A stretch of DNA of 64,000 nt. Origin: Candidatus Bathyarchaeota archaeon (GTDB taxonomy: Archaea; Thermoproteota; Bathyarchaeia; Bathyarchaeales; Bathyarchaeaceae). Numbering within the stretch: position 1 is the first letter of the stretch; each line of letters starts with the position of its first letter. The position numbers and the translations under genes were made by a program. The notes under the pieces were generated by a model. The model worked only from the letters and a program-made list of their open reading frames with translations, ran no database searches and was not told where the DNA came from. Positions 21,903-32,537 of the stretch are shown here, in pieces. The stretch is from the NCBI GenBank assembly GCA_963697165.1, contig CAVOMX010000012.1, forward strand, positions 64,001 through 128,000, written 5' to 3'.

Positions 21903-24651
21903 ATGAGCTCTGAATGGCATTCGTTAGAAAAAAAGCAACTTTTAGAATCCTTGAAAGCCACCGAAAAAGGATTAAGTACAGAAGAGGCTGAACGTCGACT
22001 CCAAGAGTTCGGACCCAACGAACTAGTTGAGAAAAAGCGTGTAACTCCCCTTCAGATATTCTTTGGTCAATTCAAGGACATCTTTGTAATCATGCTTCTA
22101 ATAGCTATGGCAATATCAATCAGTGATTGCAATCACCCGTGATGCGGGAGAATTCGTGGACGCCGCAACCATAGGCGCCATCATATTCCTCAACGCCATA
22201 GTCGGTTTTGTACAAGAGTATAGATCAGAAAAGGCAATGGAAGCCATGAAAAATCTCACGGCTCCCAAAGCCCGAGTCCTCAGAGACGGAACAGAACAGC
22301 TCATTCCATCAAGAGAGGTCGTGCCCGGAGACATCGTTCTTTTGGAAGCTGGAGATCGCATCCCTGCTGACGCTCGACTCCTCGAAGTTGTGGACCTGAA
22401 GACTGACGAAGCAATTTTGACTGGTGAATCCACAGCAGTCGACAAAAGGGACGATGTTCTTGACAAAAAAACGGCTGTAGCTGACAGAAAAAACTCGATT
22501 TTTATGGCAACTCACATAACTTACGGTAGAGGCAAAGCCGTAATCGCATCAACTGGAATGGAAACAGAATTCGGCAAAGTTGCCGAGATGGTTCAAGCCG
22601 TGGAGCAGACAGAAACTCCACTCAAGCAGAAACTAACAAAGTTTGCCAAAAAATTGGGAATAATAATTATTTTCGTGAGTGCCGCAATATTTCTACTTGA
22701 ACTTTATGAAATTTTTGTTATTGGCGGAGGCGGCAGTTTAGAACACATTATCGACCAGATAATCGGCGCCTTTGAAACTGCAGTCGCCCTTGCCGTCTCA
22801 GCAGTTCCAGAAGGTTTGCCTGCAGTTGTAACTGTGTCCCTTGCATTGGGCGCTAGAGAACTTGCAAAACGTAAAGCTCTAATCCGCAGGCTTTCATCTG
22901 CAGAAACTTTGGGAGCAACAGACATCATCTGCTCCGACAAAACCGGAACCCTGACAAAGGGCGAAATGACCGTGCGCAAAATCTACGTCAACAACAAAAT
23001 GATTGACGTAACAGGCGCCGGCTATGAGCCAACAGGAGATTTCCTCATAAACGGTGTTCCCATAGACCCAAAGGAAGATGCAGACCTTACTTTGTTGTTG
23101 AAAGCTGGCACCTTGTGCTCCAACGCCAGTTACGACGGAAAGAAAGTGATTGGAGACACAACAGAGGGAGCATTGATTGTGGCAGCCGCCAAAGCTGGAA
23201 TTGTAAAGGAAGATCTGGAGACCTGCCATTCCCGTCTGCATGAAGTTCCCTTTACCTCCGAGAGAAAGCGCATGACGACAGTTCACAAGTCACCTGAAGG
23301 AGGAGGGGGATTTGTATACGTTAAAGGAGCCGTCGAAATCCTCTTAGACCGTTCAGGTATACATCCTCAAGGGCAATAAAGCAGTTAAGTTAACCAAGAC
23401 CGATAAAGAACAGATCATAAAGACAAACGAGGAGATGGCAAATCAGGCTCTTCGTGTCCTCGCCATAGCTTACAAAGAGTTGCCAACCATTGGAACAAAG
23501 AAACACGATTCGGAAGAGTTGGAGAGCGACTTAGTTTTCATAGGCTTAACAGGAATGATTGACCCGCCCCGAGATGAAGCAAAAGGCGCCATTGAGCTGT
23601 GCCGAAAAGCAGGCATAAAGACTGTCATGATTACTGGAGACCACAAACTTACAGCAGTTGCCATAGCCAAAGAGTTAGGCATAATGGAAGGCGATTTGGC
23701 TCTAACAGGCGCTGAACTGGACAAAATGAGCGAAGAAGAATTCGATAAAGTAGTGGAGGACGTATCAGTTTACGCTCGGGTTTCTCCTGAACACAAGCTT
23801 CGGATAGTTAGAGCCCTGAAAAAGAAGGGACACATCGTCGCCATGACCGGAGACGGAGTCAACGACGCACCAGCCCTCAAACAGGCAGACATAGGAATAG
23901 CCATGGGCATCACAGGAACCGACGTGACCCGAGAAGCTGCAGACATGGTGCTTGCAGACGACAACTTCGCCACAATCGTCACAGCAGTTGAAGGCGGACG
24001 AGCAATATACGATAACATACGCAAATTCTCTTTCTTCCTGTTGCGTTCCAACTTTGACGAACTATTGGTCATAGGTGTCTTTGCGTTGATGGGACCATTC
24101 TTGGGCGGAGCAGACCTCATATTGCCTTTAACTCCTGCCATGATTTTGTGGATAAATCTGGTTACAGACGGAGGACCTGCATTAGCTTTGAGCATGGACC
24201 CACCACAGGAAGACTTGATGAGTCGACAACCGCGAAACCCTAACGAAGGCATACTACATGGAAGATTCGCTTCAATCTTAGCCAGTTTCGTGACCCAATT
24301 CCTAGGTACTGGTGTACTGTTCGCTATTGCTTACTTCGTATGGGGACGCTCCTTAGCTGAAGCACAAACCATGGCTTTTGTGCAAGCCACTATGCAGGAA
24401 CTGCTAATCGTGTGGAACTGCCGGTCAGAAACAAAGAGCGCATTCAGACTCAGCTTCACTTCAAACAAGTTCCTGCTCTTTGCAGTGGTTGCCTCAGCAA
24501 TACTAACTGTTATAGTGCCTTACACTGGTTTGCTAGGAACAGCACCACTAGACCTGATGGACTGGGCTACTCGTTCTACCCATCTCGTTCTCAGGATCTG
24601 CTGATATTGCCTGAGATCTTCTATGGACGAAAGATTTGGCGCTGGAGATAA
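21903..24651 (+). CDS. P-type ATPase, type IIA (SERCA-like Ca2+ pump); frameshifts ~22120, ~23360, ~24570
   Basis: TGES, PEGLP, DKTGTLT, GDGVNDAPALK, M5 SNFDE, M6 INLVTDG. Confidence 0.92.
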
Positions 24652-24665
24652 GCTAAAGATACTGC

Positions 24666-24706
24666 GGATTTGCTGCCTAGAAATAGGTAGTTCACAATCC
24701 TTTTTT
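24666..24706 (+). terminator. Stem-loop plus T-tract downstream of the ATPase
   Basis: GGATT-TG-CTGCCTA-GAAA-TAGGTAG-TTCAC-AATCC followed by TTTTTT. Confidence 0.45.
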
Positions 24707-24771
24707 CTAATCTTTATTTGCTTTTCATAAGTATGAATAAGGTCTTAGCATAAGCATTTTTTTGAAGAACA

Positions 24772-25002
24772 ATGTTTAAACCGCCACTACGTTTACGATT
24801 CCTGTTCCACAGTTTTGGTCTAGGTTGCGTAAGCAGCGCCATCTTTCTGCAGGCACTAGTATTCTGGGACATATCTCAAACAGGATTCTTCAGAGCCACT
24901 GAACAAAACCAGATGATACTGTCGTTCGAGATTTTTCTAACAATCTTTGCTTTGGTCTATTTTGTTTATATGTACCAACGTTTAGTTCGATCACTGCAAT
25001 AA
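24772..25002 (+). CDS. Small hypothetical membrane protein
   Basis: 76 aa with two hydrophobic segments. Confidence 0.5.
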   Translation: MFKPPLRLRFLFHSFGLGCVSSAIFLQALVFWDISQTGFFRATEQNQMILSFEIFLTIFALVYFVYMYQRLVRSLQ

Positions 25003-25143
25003 AATATGCCTAAACAAATGTTTTGAAAGATTTGTTTCTCTTCGAAAGCAACGTTATGGTGACATTTTCGGAGGAAGTAACAACTGTTAAATAATTTCTC
25101 TACAAGAAAAAGAAGGAACAGTTGGTTTTGAGAGGTAAAAAAA

Positions 25144-25818
25144 GTGAAACTCCAAAAAGTATGCATAATTGCTTTGTGTACACTACTTTTGACGTTAGCT
25201 TTTTCTGAGGTAGGCCACTCAGCCCCTGAAGAAGCACCGAGTGTATATTATCTAGAATATGGCGGTCTCAAAATAGACGTTAGAGCTCCTAGTCAATCAT
25301 ATCCAGGCGAGAACATAACAGTTACCGTGAAAGCAGAAGCGATAACCGAGATTTACGTCAAATACGTCCGCGTAACAATTTATGGTGCATTAAATGCTAC
25401 TGACAAGGTTACCTTACGGGATATCATTCACCTTGAAAATTATTCTTTCACTTCTTCCTCTGAAGTTCATGAAGTCCAGTACAACGTAACAATCCCCGAT
25501 AACATGTCTCCAGGATTAACCTATGGCGTAATAAGCAGTGAATGGGAACTCATGGGTTCGCCCCAAAAGATTCTCCCAGCAGGATTCGCTTTGACATACA
25601 TCAGAAACATGGACTTAGAACAGCTTCAAACAGAATATCAAGAACTAAACGCTACACACCAATCGTTGCTGCAAGAATACACAGAACTGAAATCAGGCAT
25701 AAACGAAGACTTGGATTCTACCCGAAACATGCTATACATCTTCGTTGCAACAACCGTTGTCGCCAGCATCACAGTTATTGTTCTGTTAATGAGAAAACCC
25801 AAAAAGATTTGGATTTAA
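25144..25818 (+). CDS. Hypothetical membrane-anchored surface protein
   Basis: Signal peptide, beta-rich Ig-like region, short coiled coil, C-terminal TM helix with basic tail RKPKK. Confidence 0.7.
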   Translation: MKLQKVCIIALCTLLLTLAFSEVGHSAPEEAPSVYYLEYGGLKIDVRAPSQSYPGENITVTVKAEAITEIYVKYVRVTIYGALNATDKVTLRDIIHLENYSFTSSSEVHEVQYNVTIPDNMSPGLTYGVISSEWELMGSPQKILPAGFALTYIRNMDLEQLQTEYQELNATHQSLLQEYTELKSGINEDLDSTRNMLYIFVATTVVASITVIVLLMRKPKKIWI

Positions 25819-26816
25819 AATCCCAAAACTTTTTTTGCTTCTTCAATCTCTTCAGGTAGCAGTTGCCTTGGATAATTATAGAGCGGACCGCCCGGGCTCT
25901 CGTTATAGTATGGTCTGTTGCATCCTGGACATCCTGAAGTAAGAAACGGCTTGCCTGTGTCTATGTCTTCTAGTAGCATTTCTTTAGAGATTCCAAAGCT
26001 TGTAAGATTCCCGTTCTTATCAAATTCCATGTTTTCGAAGCGTGCTTTTCTGTGGGTTAAAATGTAATGGGCAACTTGTGATCTCCGATAACTGCTTATG
26101 GATGGAGGAGACCTGTTTTCAAGAGCGGTTCCTGGAATTGGCGTAAAGGCGAACAAGCCTGGGTAGACTCCTGAATCAACGCACCATTGAATCTTTTGAC
26201 AAAGCTCCTTTTCTGTTTCTCCCAGACCCACAATAAGATGTGTGCTCACGGAGCCTTCCCCGAAGACATGGACAGCTTCCTTTAACGCTTCATGTTGTTT
26301 CTCCCAGTGGTAAGGTCCGCCAATGTTTTGTCCCTTAACGTTCCCGAATATCTTCTCTGTAGCCGCATCCAAGGCGATGCTTACTCGGTTAACGCCAGCG
26401 TCTACCCATTTCTTCATTTTCTGATTGCTTAGTGGCTTGCACGAAACAGAAATAGGCGCCGCGACTCTGGAGCTGATTTCCTTAACAAGAAACAAAACGT
26501 CATCAAAAGCCTCTGGATAATTTAGTGATTGAATGCAAACCCGCTTTATCGTCCCCGCTTTTACGTTTCTTTCTATTGCATCAACTATTTTTTTTGTCGG
26601 GAATGCTGGCCAAGTGACTCTGGAGAGCCTGTCTGCTCTGCCTTTGCTGTTTCTGGCTTGAGGGCAGAAGCCGCAGTTGGCGGAGCACTTTTCGTTTCGA
26701 CACATGAGCAGATATGCGGTTGTTGGTTTGGCATCTAGCTTGCCTCGTAACAAGCCTAATACAATTGCTGAGCCTGTAGAAACACGGACTCTTTCAGGGA
26801 AGCATGTGTCACTCAT
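25815..26816 (-). CDS. lipS2: Radical SAM lipoyl synthase LipS2 (biotin-synthase-like)
   Basis: CSANCGFC radical SAM motif and C-terminal TSGCPGCNRP matching the LipS2 TxGCPxC(N/D)RP motif. Confidence 0.82.
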   Translation of the reverse strand: MSDTCFPERVRVSTGSAIVLGLLRGKLDAKPTTAYLLMCRNEKCSANCGFCPQARNSKGRADRLSRVTWPAFPTKKIVDAIERNVKAGTIKRVCIQSLNYPEAFDDVLFLVKEISSRVAAPISVSCKPLSNQKMKKWVDAGVNRVSIALDAATEKIFGNVKGQNIGGPYHWEKQHEALKEAVHVFGEGSVSTHLIVGLGETEKELCQKIQWCVDSGVYPGLFAFTPIPGTALENRSPPSISSYRRSQVAHYILTHRKARFENMEFDKNGNLTSFGISKEMLLEDIDTGKPFLTSGCPGCNRPYYNESPGGPLYNYPRQLLPEEIEEAKKVLGF

Positions 26817-26960
26817 TTGACAACACCGAACATTTTTGGATTCTATATTGTAAATATTTGGCGCCTATATTTATCTCTACCAAACCTAAATCTTGGAAAA
26901 CAGAAACTTCTTATGAGCTTTACCCTTCTCTCTATTCTGGTAGTTCTTGGGGAATTGAAA

Positions 26961-27296
26961 ATGGCGGATGGTCCTCGTATAATACGAGAGAAAAAAACTG
27001 TTTCCGCGATGATACACCTTTACTGCCGTAAACATCACGGAACTCATGGCGATGAACTTTGTCCAGAATGTAATGAACTGCATGAGTATGCAATGCTGCG
27101 GCTGTCAAAATGTCCTTTCCAAGAAAACAAGTCAACTTGTGGCAAATGTTTAGTTCATTGCTACAAACCAGACATGAAAACGAAAATAGCTAAGGTTATG
27201 CACTATTCTGGACCCCGAATGTTGTTTCATCATCCTATTCTTGCGTTGCATCATGTCCTTGATGGAAGAAAAAAGCCTAAGCCACTAAAGAAATAG
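26961..27296 (+). CDS. YgbA-like ('nitrous oxide-stimulated promoter' family) Cys-rich protein
   Basis: REKKTV..MI.LYC..HH...LCPEC..L..YA..RL..CPF...K..C..C..HCY...MHYSGPRM. Confidence 0.85.
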   Translation: MADGPRIIREKKTVSAMIHLYCRKHHGTHGDELCPECNELHEYAMLRLSKCPFQENKSTCGKCLVHCYKPDMKTKIAKVMHYSGPRMLFHHPILALHHVLDGRKKPKPLKK

Positions 27297-27352
27297 GTCT
27301 ATTTGATGTTGTATTCAAAAGGTTTTTAGAAACCCAAGATGATTAAGCGAGT

Positions 27353-28343
27353 ATGACGAGCCTAGACGCTGAAAGCATATGGCGGATGCCAAAAAAGGAG
27401 CTAGTTTCATTAATTGAGAGTGGGGCTATTCCAAACAGGACAGGGAAGATTCGGTTCTATGCTCCAAGTTTTGTCTACTACAAAAACAAATATTTTGGTT
27501 CATCTCACGATGCTTTCCCTTCCATCTCAATCACGGGCTCCTCCTGTGCACTGAAATGCAAACACTGCAACGGAAAAGTGTTAGACACGATGGTTCCATC
27601 CCTGACTCCAGAAGGTCTCTTTGAGCTCTGTGCAAAACTGAAAAAAGATGGAGCAGTTGGCTGCCTCATAAGCGGAGGATGCCTTCCAGATGGTTCTGTT
27701 CCCATTGACAAGTTCATAGATGTTATCGCCCAGATAAAGAAGGAGCTGGGTCTAACTGTTGTTGTTCACACAGGGGTAATTGACTTTTCAACTGCAAAAC
27801 GGTTGAAGGCTGCTGGAGTTGACGCTGCGTTAATCGACATAATTGGCTCCGACGAAACTATCCGTGAAGTCTATCGTCTCGATGTTAGCGTTGAAGATTA
27901 TGAACGGTCACTACAAGCTTTTCATGAATCTGGAATTCCCTTTGTTCCACATGTGCTTGTGGGGCTACATTACGGTGAACTGAAGGGCGAACTTGAGGCA
28001 CTGAAAATGATATCGAAATATTCGCCTTCTGCGGTCATAACAATAGCTTTTATGCCTATCCGTGGGACGCCCATGGAAAACGTGAGTCCGCCTGAACCAG
28101 AAGATATTGCAAAAATTACTTGCTTCTGCCAAACTATTGATGCCAGAAACTCCACTTGTTTTGGGGTGCATGAGACCAAAAGGTGAGCATAGAAAAAGAA
28201 CTGACATGCTTGCTGTTAGAGCTGGCGTAAACGCAGTAGCCTTTCCTGTCGAGGAGGCAATCCAGCTTGCAGAATCCCTGAAGCTAGAAATCTCTTTTTC
28301 GCCTCTCTGCTGTTCCCAAATTTTTGAAGACATCAAGCCTTGA
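27353..28343 (+). CDS. lipS1: Radical SAM lipoyl synthase LipS1; frameshift ~28110
   Basis: SITG..CALKCKHC, LISGG, C-terminal LGCMRP and PLCCS matching LipS1 GC(M/A)R and CC motifs. Confidence 0.82.
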
Positions 28344-28398
28344 TTCATTCGAGGCAATCCGATACATTCTGGATTGTTTTAGCTAATGTACGATAACT

Positions 28399-28770
28399 TT
28401 AGGGGCGTACTTTTCTTTGTACAATCTTGTGTTTCTTAATTGCAAACTCTATTGCATGTGCCAAATCTTCTTTTGAAAGTGCCCCCACAATACCATTCAC
28501 GGGTCTTCCTCCACAAAAAAACAGGAATGTAGGCGTTCCCATCACACCATACTTGCCCGCAAGTTTCTCATTTTCGATGCTGTCTACAACATTAAGCTTA
28601 ATGAACTTCAGCTTATCTCCGTATTCTATGGCTAGTTCGTCGTAAACTGGTTTGATTGCCTGACAATGGGGACAAAATGGATGCCAGAACTGCACCACAA
28701 CCAACTGTTTTTCCTCTAAAATTCGTTCTTTCCAGTCTACCGCGTTTGCCTCTTCTATCTGCTCAAACAT
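28399..28770 (-). CDS. Thioredoxin-family protein (C-terminus possibly frameshifted)
   Basis: VVQFWHPFCPHC active site, GVMGTPTF cis-Pro motif. Confidence 0.88.
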   Translation of the reverse strand: MFEQIEEANAVDWKERILEEKQLVVVQFWHPFCPHCQAIKPVYDELAIEYGDKLKFIKLNVVDSIENEKLAGKYGVMGTPTFLFFCGGRPVNGIVGALSKEDLAHAIEFAIKKHKIVQRKVRP

Positions 28771-28935
28771 GACCTGCCGCCTAAATTTCTGTATCCCTTA
28801 TGAGAATAAGTCATTTTTGCTCAAACATTGCTTCTCTTTCATGCTTTACTGTTATGGTTTTTTCCTTGATTCGAATCGTTATGTTTTTAAGATAAACAGT
28901 TATCACAATACGGTAACTGATAGAGGTGGAAAATA

Positions 28936-29353
28936 ATGGTCAAGGTAGAAGACTATGACGTGCCTGAAAATCTGTGTTACCACAAAGAATACCTCTGGGC
29001 TAAAGTAGAAGATGGAAAAGTGAAGATCGGAATGATCGATTTCGCTCAGAAACAACTCCATGACATTGTATATGTTGAACTCCCAAGCATCGGTGACACC
29101 ATAACCCAGAGTGAACCCTTCGGAACTCTAGAATCCGTGAAAGCCGTCTCAGATTTAGTTGCTCCTGTAAGCGGTACCGTTGAAGCTGTAAACGAAGAAC
29201 TAGAATCCAAACCTGAGTTACTCAACGAAGACCCATATGGCGAAGGATGGATACTGATCGTAGCCCCGTCAAATCTAGATGCAGACCTGAAAAAGATCCT
29301 GAACTTCGAATGCAGCTGTAGAATGGCACAAAGAACTCGTAAAAGAGGGTTAA
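28936..29353 (+). CDS. gcvH: Glycine cleavage H-type lipoyl carrier protein; frameshift ~29310
   Basis: IGMIDFAQ, IVYVELP, LESVKAVSD (lipoyl-Lys), PELLNEDPYGEGW. Confidence 0.93.
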
Positions 29354-29448
29354 CTTAGTTTATAGGTAAGCACCTTTTAGGTTTCACTAGAGAAACCGGT
29401 GAGGTCTTAGTAGGGGTTAATCCAAAACACTTTATTTTTTAATAAAAG

Positions 29449-29667
29449 GTGGGCATCGAAGGCGCAGTAGTAACTGGGATAAATTATGTTATTCTCATGA
29501 AAAGCCTCGGCATCAAAGTATTGGGAGTGATATTAAACAAGGTTCACACCAGTTATCTGACCGCTGAAATCAGACAGTATATCAAATCTGCTTTCAGCAA
29601 TCTTGGCGTCGAGTTGCTTGGCATATTGCCTCGTATCCAATTGGATGGGCGAGGAGCAATTCCTTAA
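29449..29667 (+). pseudogene. Probable fragment of a CbiA/CobB-like (P-loop amidase family) gene
   Basis: KVLGVILNKV...LGVELLGILPR resembles the internal CbiA segment; no P-loop or N-terminus present. Confidence 0.4.
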
Positions 29668-29801
29668 ATCTTTAGTTGGCTGGTCATGTTTTCTTGATAA
29701 TGATATACAGTAATAAAATAAAATCACAGTAATTTTATTAGGAAGATTTTTTATCTGCGATGTAGACAATTAATGTGAATACAAATAGGCTGGAATCCAT
29801 A

Positions 29802-29995
29802 ATGGCCAAAATCCATAAACAAATAATTAAGTTACTACAAACCTCAGAAAAGCCATTAACCCTCGTTGAGCTTGCAGAACAACTCGAAACAACAGAAAAA
29901 AAGGTTTTCAATGCTTTAAAGAAACTCTTCTCGACGAAGAAATCAGTTGCGACGCCAAAACTCGTCAGTACTCTCTTGTAAAAAAGCAAAGCTAG
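29802..29995 (+). CDS. Small winged-HTH DNA-binding protein; frameshift ~29932
   Basis: IIKLLQTSEKPLTLVELAEQLETTEKKVFNALKKL helix-turn-helix; alternate frame gives wing EISCDAKTRQYSL. Confidence 0.65.
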
Positions 29996-30091
29996 ACCCT
30001 TTTTGTATCCATTTTTAATTTGAACTATCCGTTGAGAACAAGATTAATATGGAAACCAGTTCTTAGTTTGACAGCCAGAGTTGAGATTTAA

Positions 30092-31432
30092 ATGACCCGA
30101 AAAATCGTAATTATTGGAGCTCACGCTGCAGGTCTTGATGCGGCTTCTGCAGCCAGAAAAACTGATAGAACCGCTGAAATAACTCTTATAACAAAAGAGA
30201 ACAAAGCGGCATACTCCAGATGCGGTCTCCCCTTCGTTTTGGGTGGACACATAAAAACCTTTGATGACCTGGTGGTCTTTCCAGAAAGATTCTACAAAAT
30301 GATGAAACTAAACCTTCTAACAGAAACCACAGTAACAAACGTTGATGCAAAAGCAAAAACTGTCTCGATACAGGACAAAATCGGAAACAAGGACACTCTT
30401 TCATATGACAGTTTAGTGCTAGCCACCGGCGCTGACCCCTTCATGCCACCAATAAAGGGACGAGAAAAGAAGGGAATATTCGTAGTTCGAACAATAGAAG
30501 ACGGAGAAAAAATCAACAAAGCAATTGAAACAGCAAAATCAGCAGTCATTATAGGCGCAGGACTTATTGGTCTTGAAGTTGCCGTAGCATGCCTTGAACG
30601 AGGCCTAAAAACTACGGTTGTTGAATTTCTGCCATATGTTCTTCCAGTTTTGCTGGACAAAGCTATGGCTGATCACGTCCAGAAAGCGCTTGAAGAGAAA
30701 GGCATGAACATCATTGTCGGAAAAGGAGCAGAAGAATTCCTTGGAACCGACAAAGTTACCGGAGTTCTTGTTGCAGGAGAAACAATTCCAGCAGACGTGG
30801 TAGTTGTAGCCACTGGTGTAAGAGCCAACCTTGAATTGGCAAAAAATGCTGGAGTAGAACTTGGAAAACAGGGCATAAAAACCAACGTGAGAATGGAAAC
30901 CAACATCAAAGATGTTTACGCAGCTGGAGACTGCGCCGAGTCAATATACCTCGTCACTCGTAGACCTATGATGAGCCAGCTTGGAACCACTGCTGTGAGA
31001 CAAGCAAAAGTTGCAGGAATCAACGCTGCCGGAGGATACTCCACATTTACTGGAGCTTTAGGTTCGTGGATTACCCGATTATTTGACACTGAAATCGGTG
31101 GAACTGGACTTACAGAGTTCATGGCTGGACGATCCGGAATAGAAACGGTTTCGGCAACCATAGTTTCAAAAACAAGGGCTGACTACTTCCCCGGGGCATT
31201 ACCTGTCAAAGTCAAACTCGTTGCAGACAAGGAAACAGGTAAGCTAATTGGCGGTCAAATCATTGGAGGCGAAGAAGTAACCCAACGCATAAACGTCTTA
31301 TCCTTTGCTATACTAAACGAAATGACTATCCAAGAACTGGCGAAAGCTGAAACATGCTATGCACCTCCACTATCGGAAACTTGGGAGCCTATGATATTAG
31401 CTGCAGAAATGCTCTTGCGAAAACTCAAGTAA
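30092..31432 (+). CDS. FAD-dependent pyridine nucleotide-disulfide oxidoreductase, CoA-disulfide reductase/NADH oxidase family
   Basis: GAHAAG, single redox Cys AYSRCGLPF, GAGLIGLE, YAAGDC, C-terminal CYAPP. Confidence 0.88.
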   Translation: MTRKIVIIGAHAAGLDAASAARKTDRTAEITLITKENKAAYSRCGLPFVLGGHIKTFDDLVVFPERFYKMMKLNLLTETTVTNVDAKAKTVSIQDKIGNKDTLSYDSLVLATGADPFMPPIKGREKKGIFVVRTIEDGEKINKAIETAKSAVIIGAGLIGLEVAVACLERGLKTTVVEFLPYVLPVLLDKAMADHVQKALEEKGMNIIVGKGAEEFLGTDKVTGVLVAGETIPADVVVVATGVRANLELAKNAGVELGKQGIKTNVRMETNIKDVYAAGDCAESIYLVTRRPMMSQLGTTAVRQAKVAGINAAGGYSTFTGALGSWITRLFDTEIGGTGLTEFMAGRSGIETVSATIVSKTRADYFPGALPVKVKLVADKETGKLIGGQIIGGEEVTQRINVLSFAILNEMTIQELAKAETCYAPPLSETWEPMILAAEMLLRKLK

Positions 31433-31592
31433 CATCTCTGTGTGAGACGTTCTAAAACTGTAAGCCTAGCCTTTTAATTGACTAGGCACACCATCATCTC
31501 TTCTTTGATAAAACTTCAAATTTTTTGGCTGAAAAGAAAAGCTTTATTTGTCCGCTATACTTTAATCGAGTTTCTTGTAAACGGTGGTTCCT

Positions 31593-32537
31593 ATGGGAAA
31601 GGAAAAACTAAAGATCGCTTTTTATTGGGCGGCTAGTTGTGGAGGCTGCGAAGTAGCTGTTCTTGACGTCAACGAAAAAATCTTAGACGTCGTTGCAGCT
31701 GCTGACATTGTATTCTGGCCTGTAGCGATTGACATCAAATACAAAGATGTCGAAGCTATGCCAGACAAAAGCATAGACGCATGCTTCTTTAACGGCGCAA
31801 TAAGAACCGAAGAAAATGAAAAGATGGCGAAACTCCTAAGACAGAAATCAAAGATTCTTGTGGCCTTCGGCTCATGCGCCAACGATGGATGCGTAAAAGG
31901 TCTCGCGAATCTTTGGACCAAAGATGATGTCTTTGAGCGAGCATATCTTGAAACTCAATCAACTGTGAACCCTGAATCTGTTTTGCCTAAAACACGTGTC
32001 AACGTAAAAGAAGGCGAGCTTGAACTCCCTGAAATATATGACACTGTGAAAACCTTGCCCCAAACCGTGGATGTTGATTACACAATTTCTGGTTGTCCAC
32101 CTCCTATTCCTGCTATCCTAAACATGTTTACTGCATTCATAAGCGGAAACATTCCTCCAAAAGGTTCAAGCTTCTTGCCAAACAAGTCAGTTTGTGACGA
32201 GTGTCCGCGGGAGAAGAAGAACCGTGAACTAACTGAAATAAAAAGAATTTACGAAATTGATGACGATGGTGTAACTTGTTTCTGGGATCAAGGCGTAATT
32301 TGTATGGGTCCAGCTACTCGTGCAGGTTGCGGTTCCCAGTGCCCACTTGTTAACAAACCTTGCACTGGTTGTGGTGGTCCAGGTCCTCGGGTTATCGATC
32401 AAGGTGCTGCTGCAATTAGCGCTCTTGCTTCAATCGCTACCAATCCAGATGTTGTTAAACAGGTTGCGGATCCAATAGGAACTTTCTACACGTATTCGTT
32501 AGCTCACTCTATTCTTAGGAGGAAAGTAAAGAAATGA
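31593..32537 (+). CDS. mvhG: F420-non-reducing [NiFe] hydrogenase small subunit
   Basis: ASCGGCE, FGSCA, SGCPP, VCDECPR, CMGPATRAGC, PCTGC. Confidence 0.92.
   Translation: MGKEKLKIAFYWAASCGGCEVAVLDVNEKILDVVAAADIVFWPVAIDIKYKDVEAMPDKSIDACFFNGAIRTEENEKMAKLLRQKSKILVAFGSCANDGCVKGLANLWTKDDVFERAYLETQSTVNPESVLPKTRVNVKEGELELPEIYDTVKTLPQTVDVDYTISGCPPPIPAILNMFTAFISGNIPPKGSSFLPNKSVCDECPREKKNRELTEIKRIYEIDDDGVTCFWDQGVICMGPATRAGCGSQCPLVNKPCTGCGGPGPRVIDQGAAAISALASIATNPDVVKQVADPIGTFYTYSLAHSILRRKVKK

Noticed and set aside
25815..28343. Biotin synthase annotation for the two radical SAM genes
   Set aside because: C-terminal motifs match LipS1/LipS2, and context (gcvH, lipoate ligase) favours lipoate synthesis
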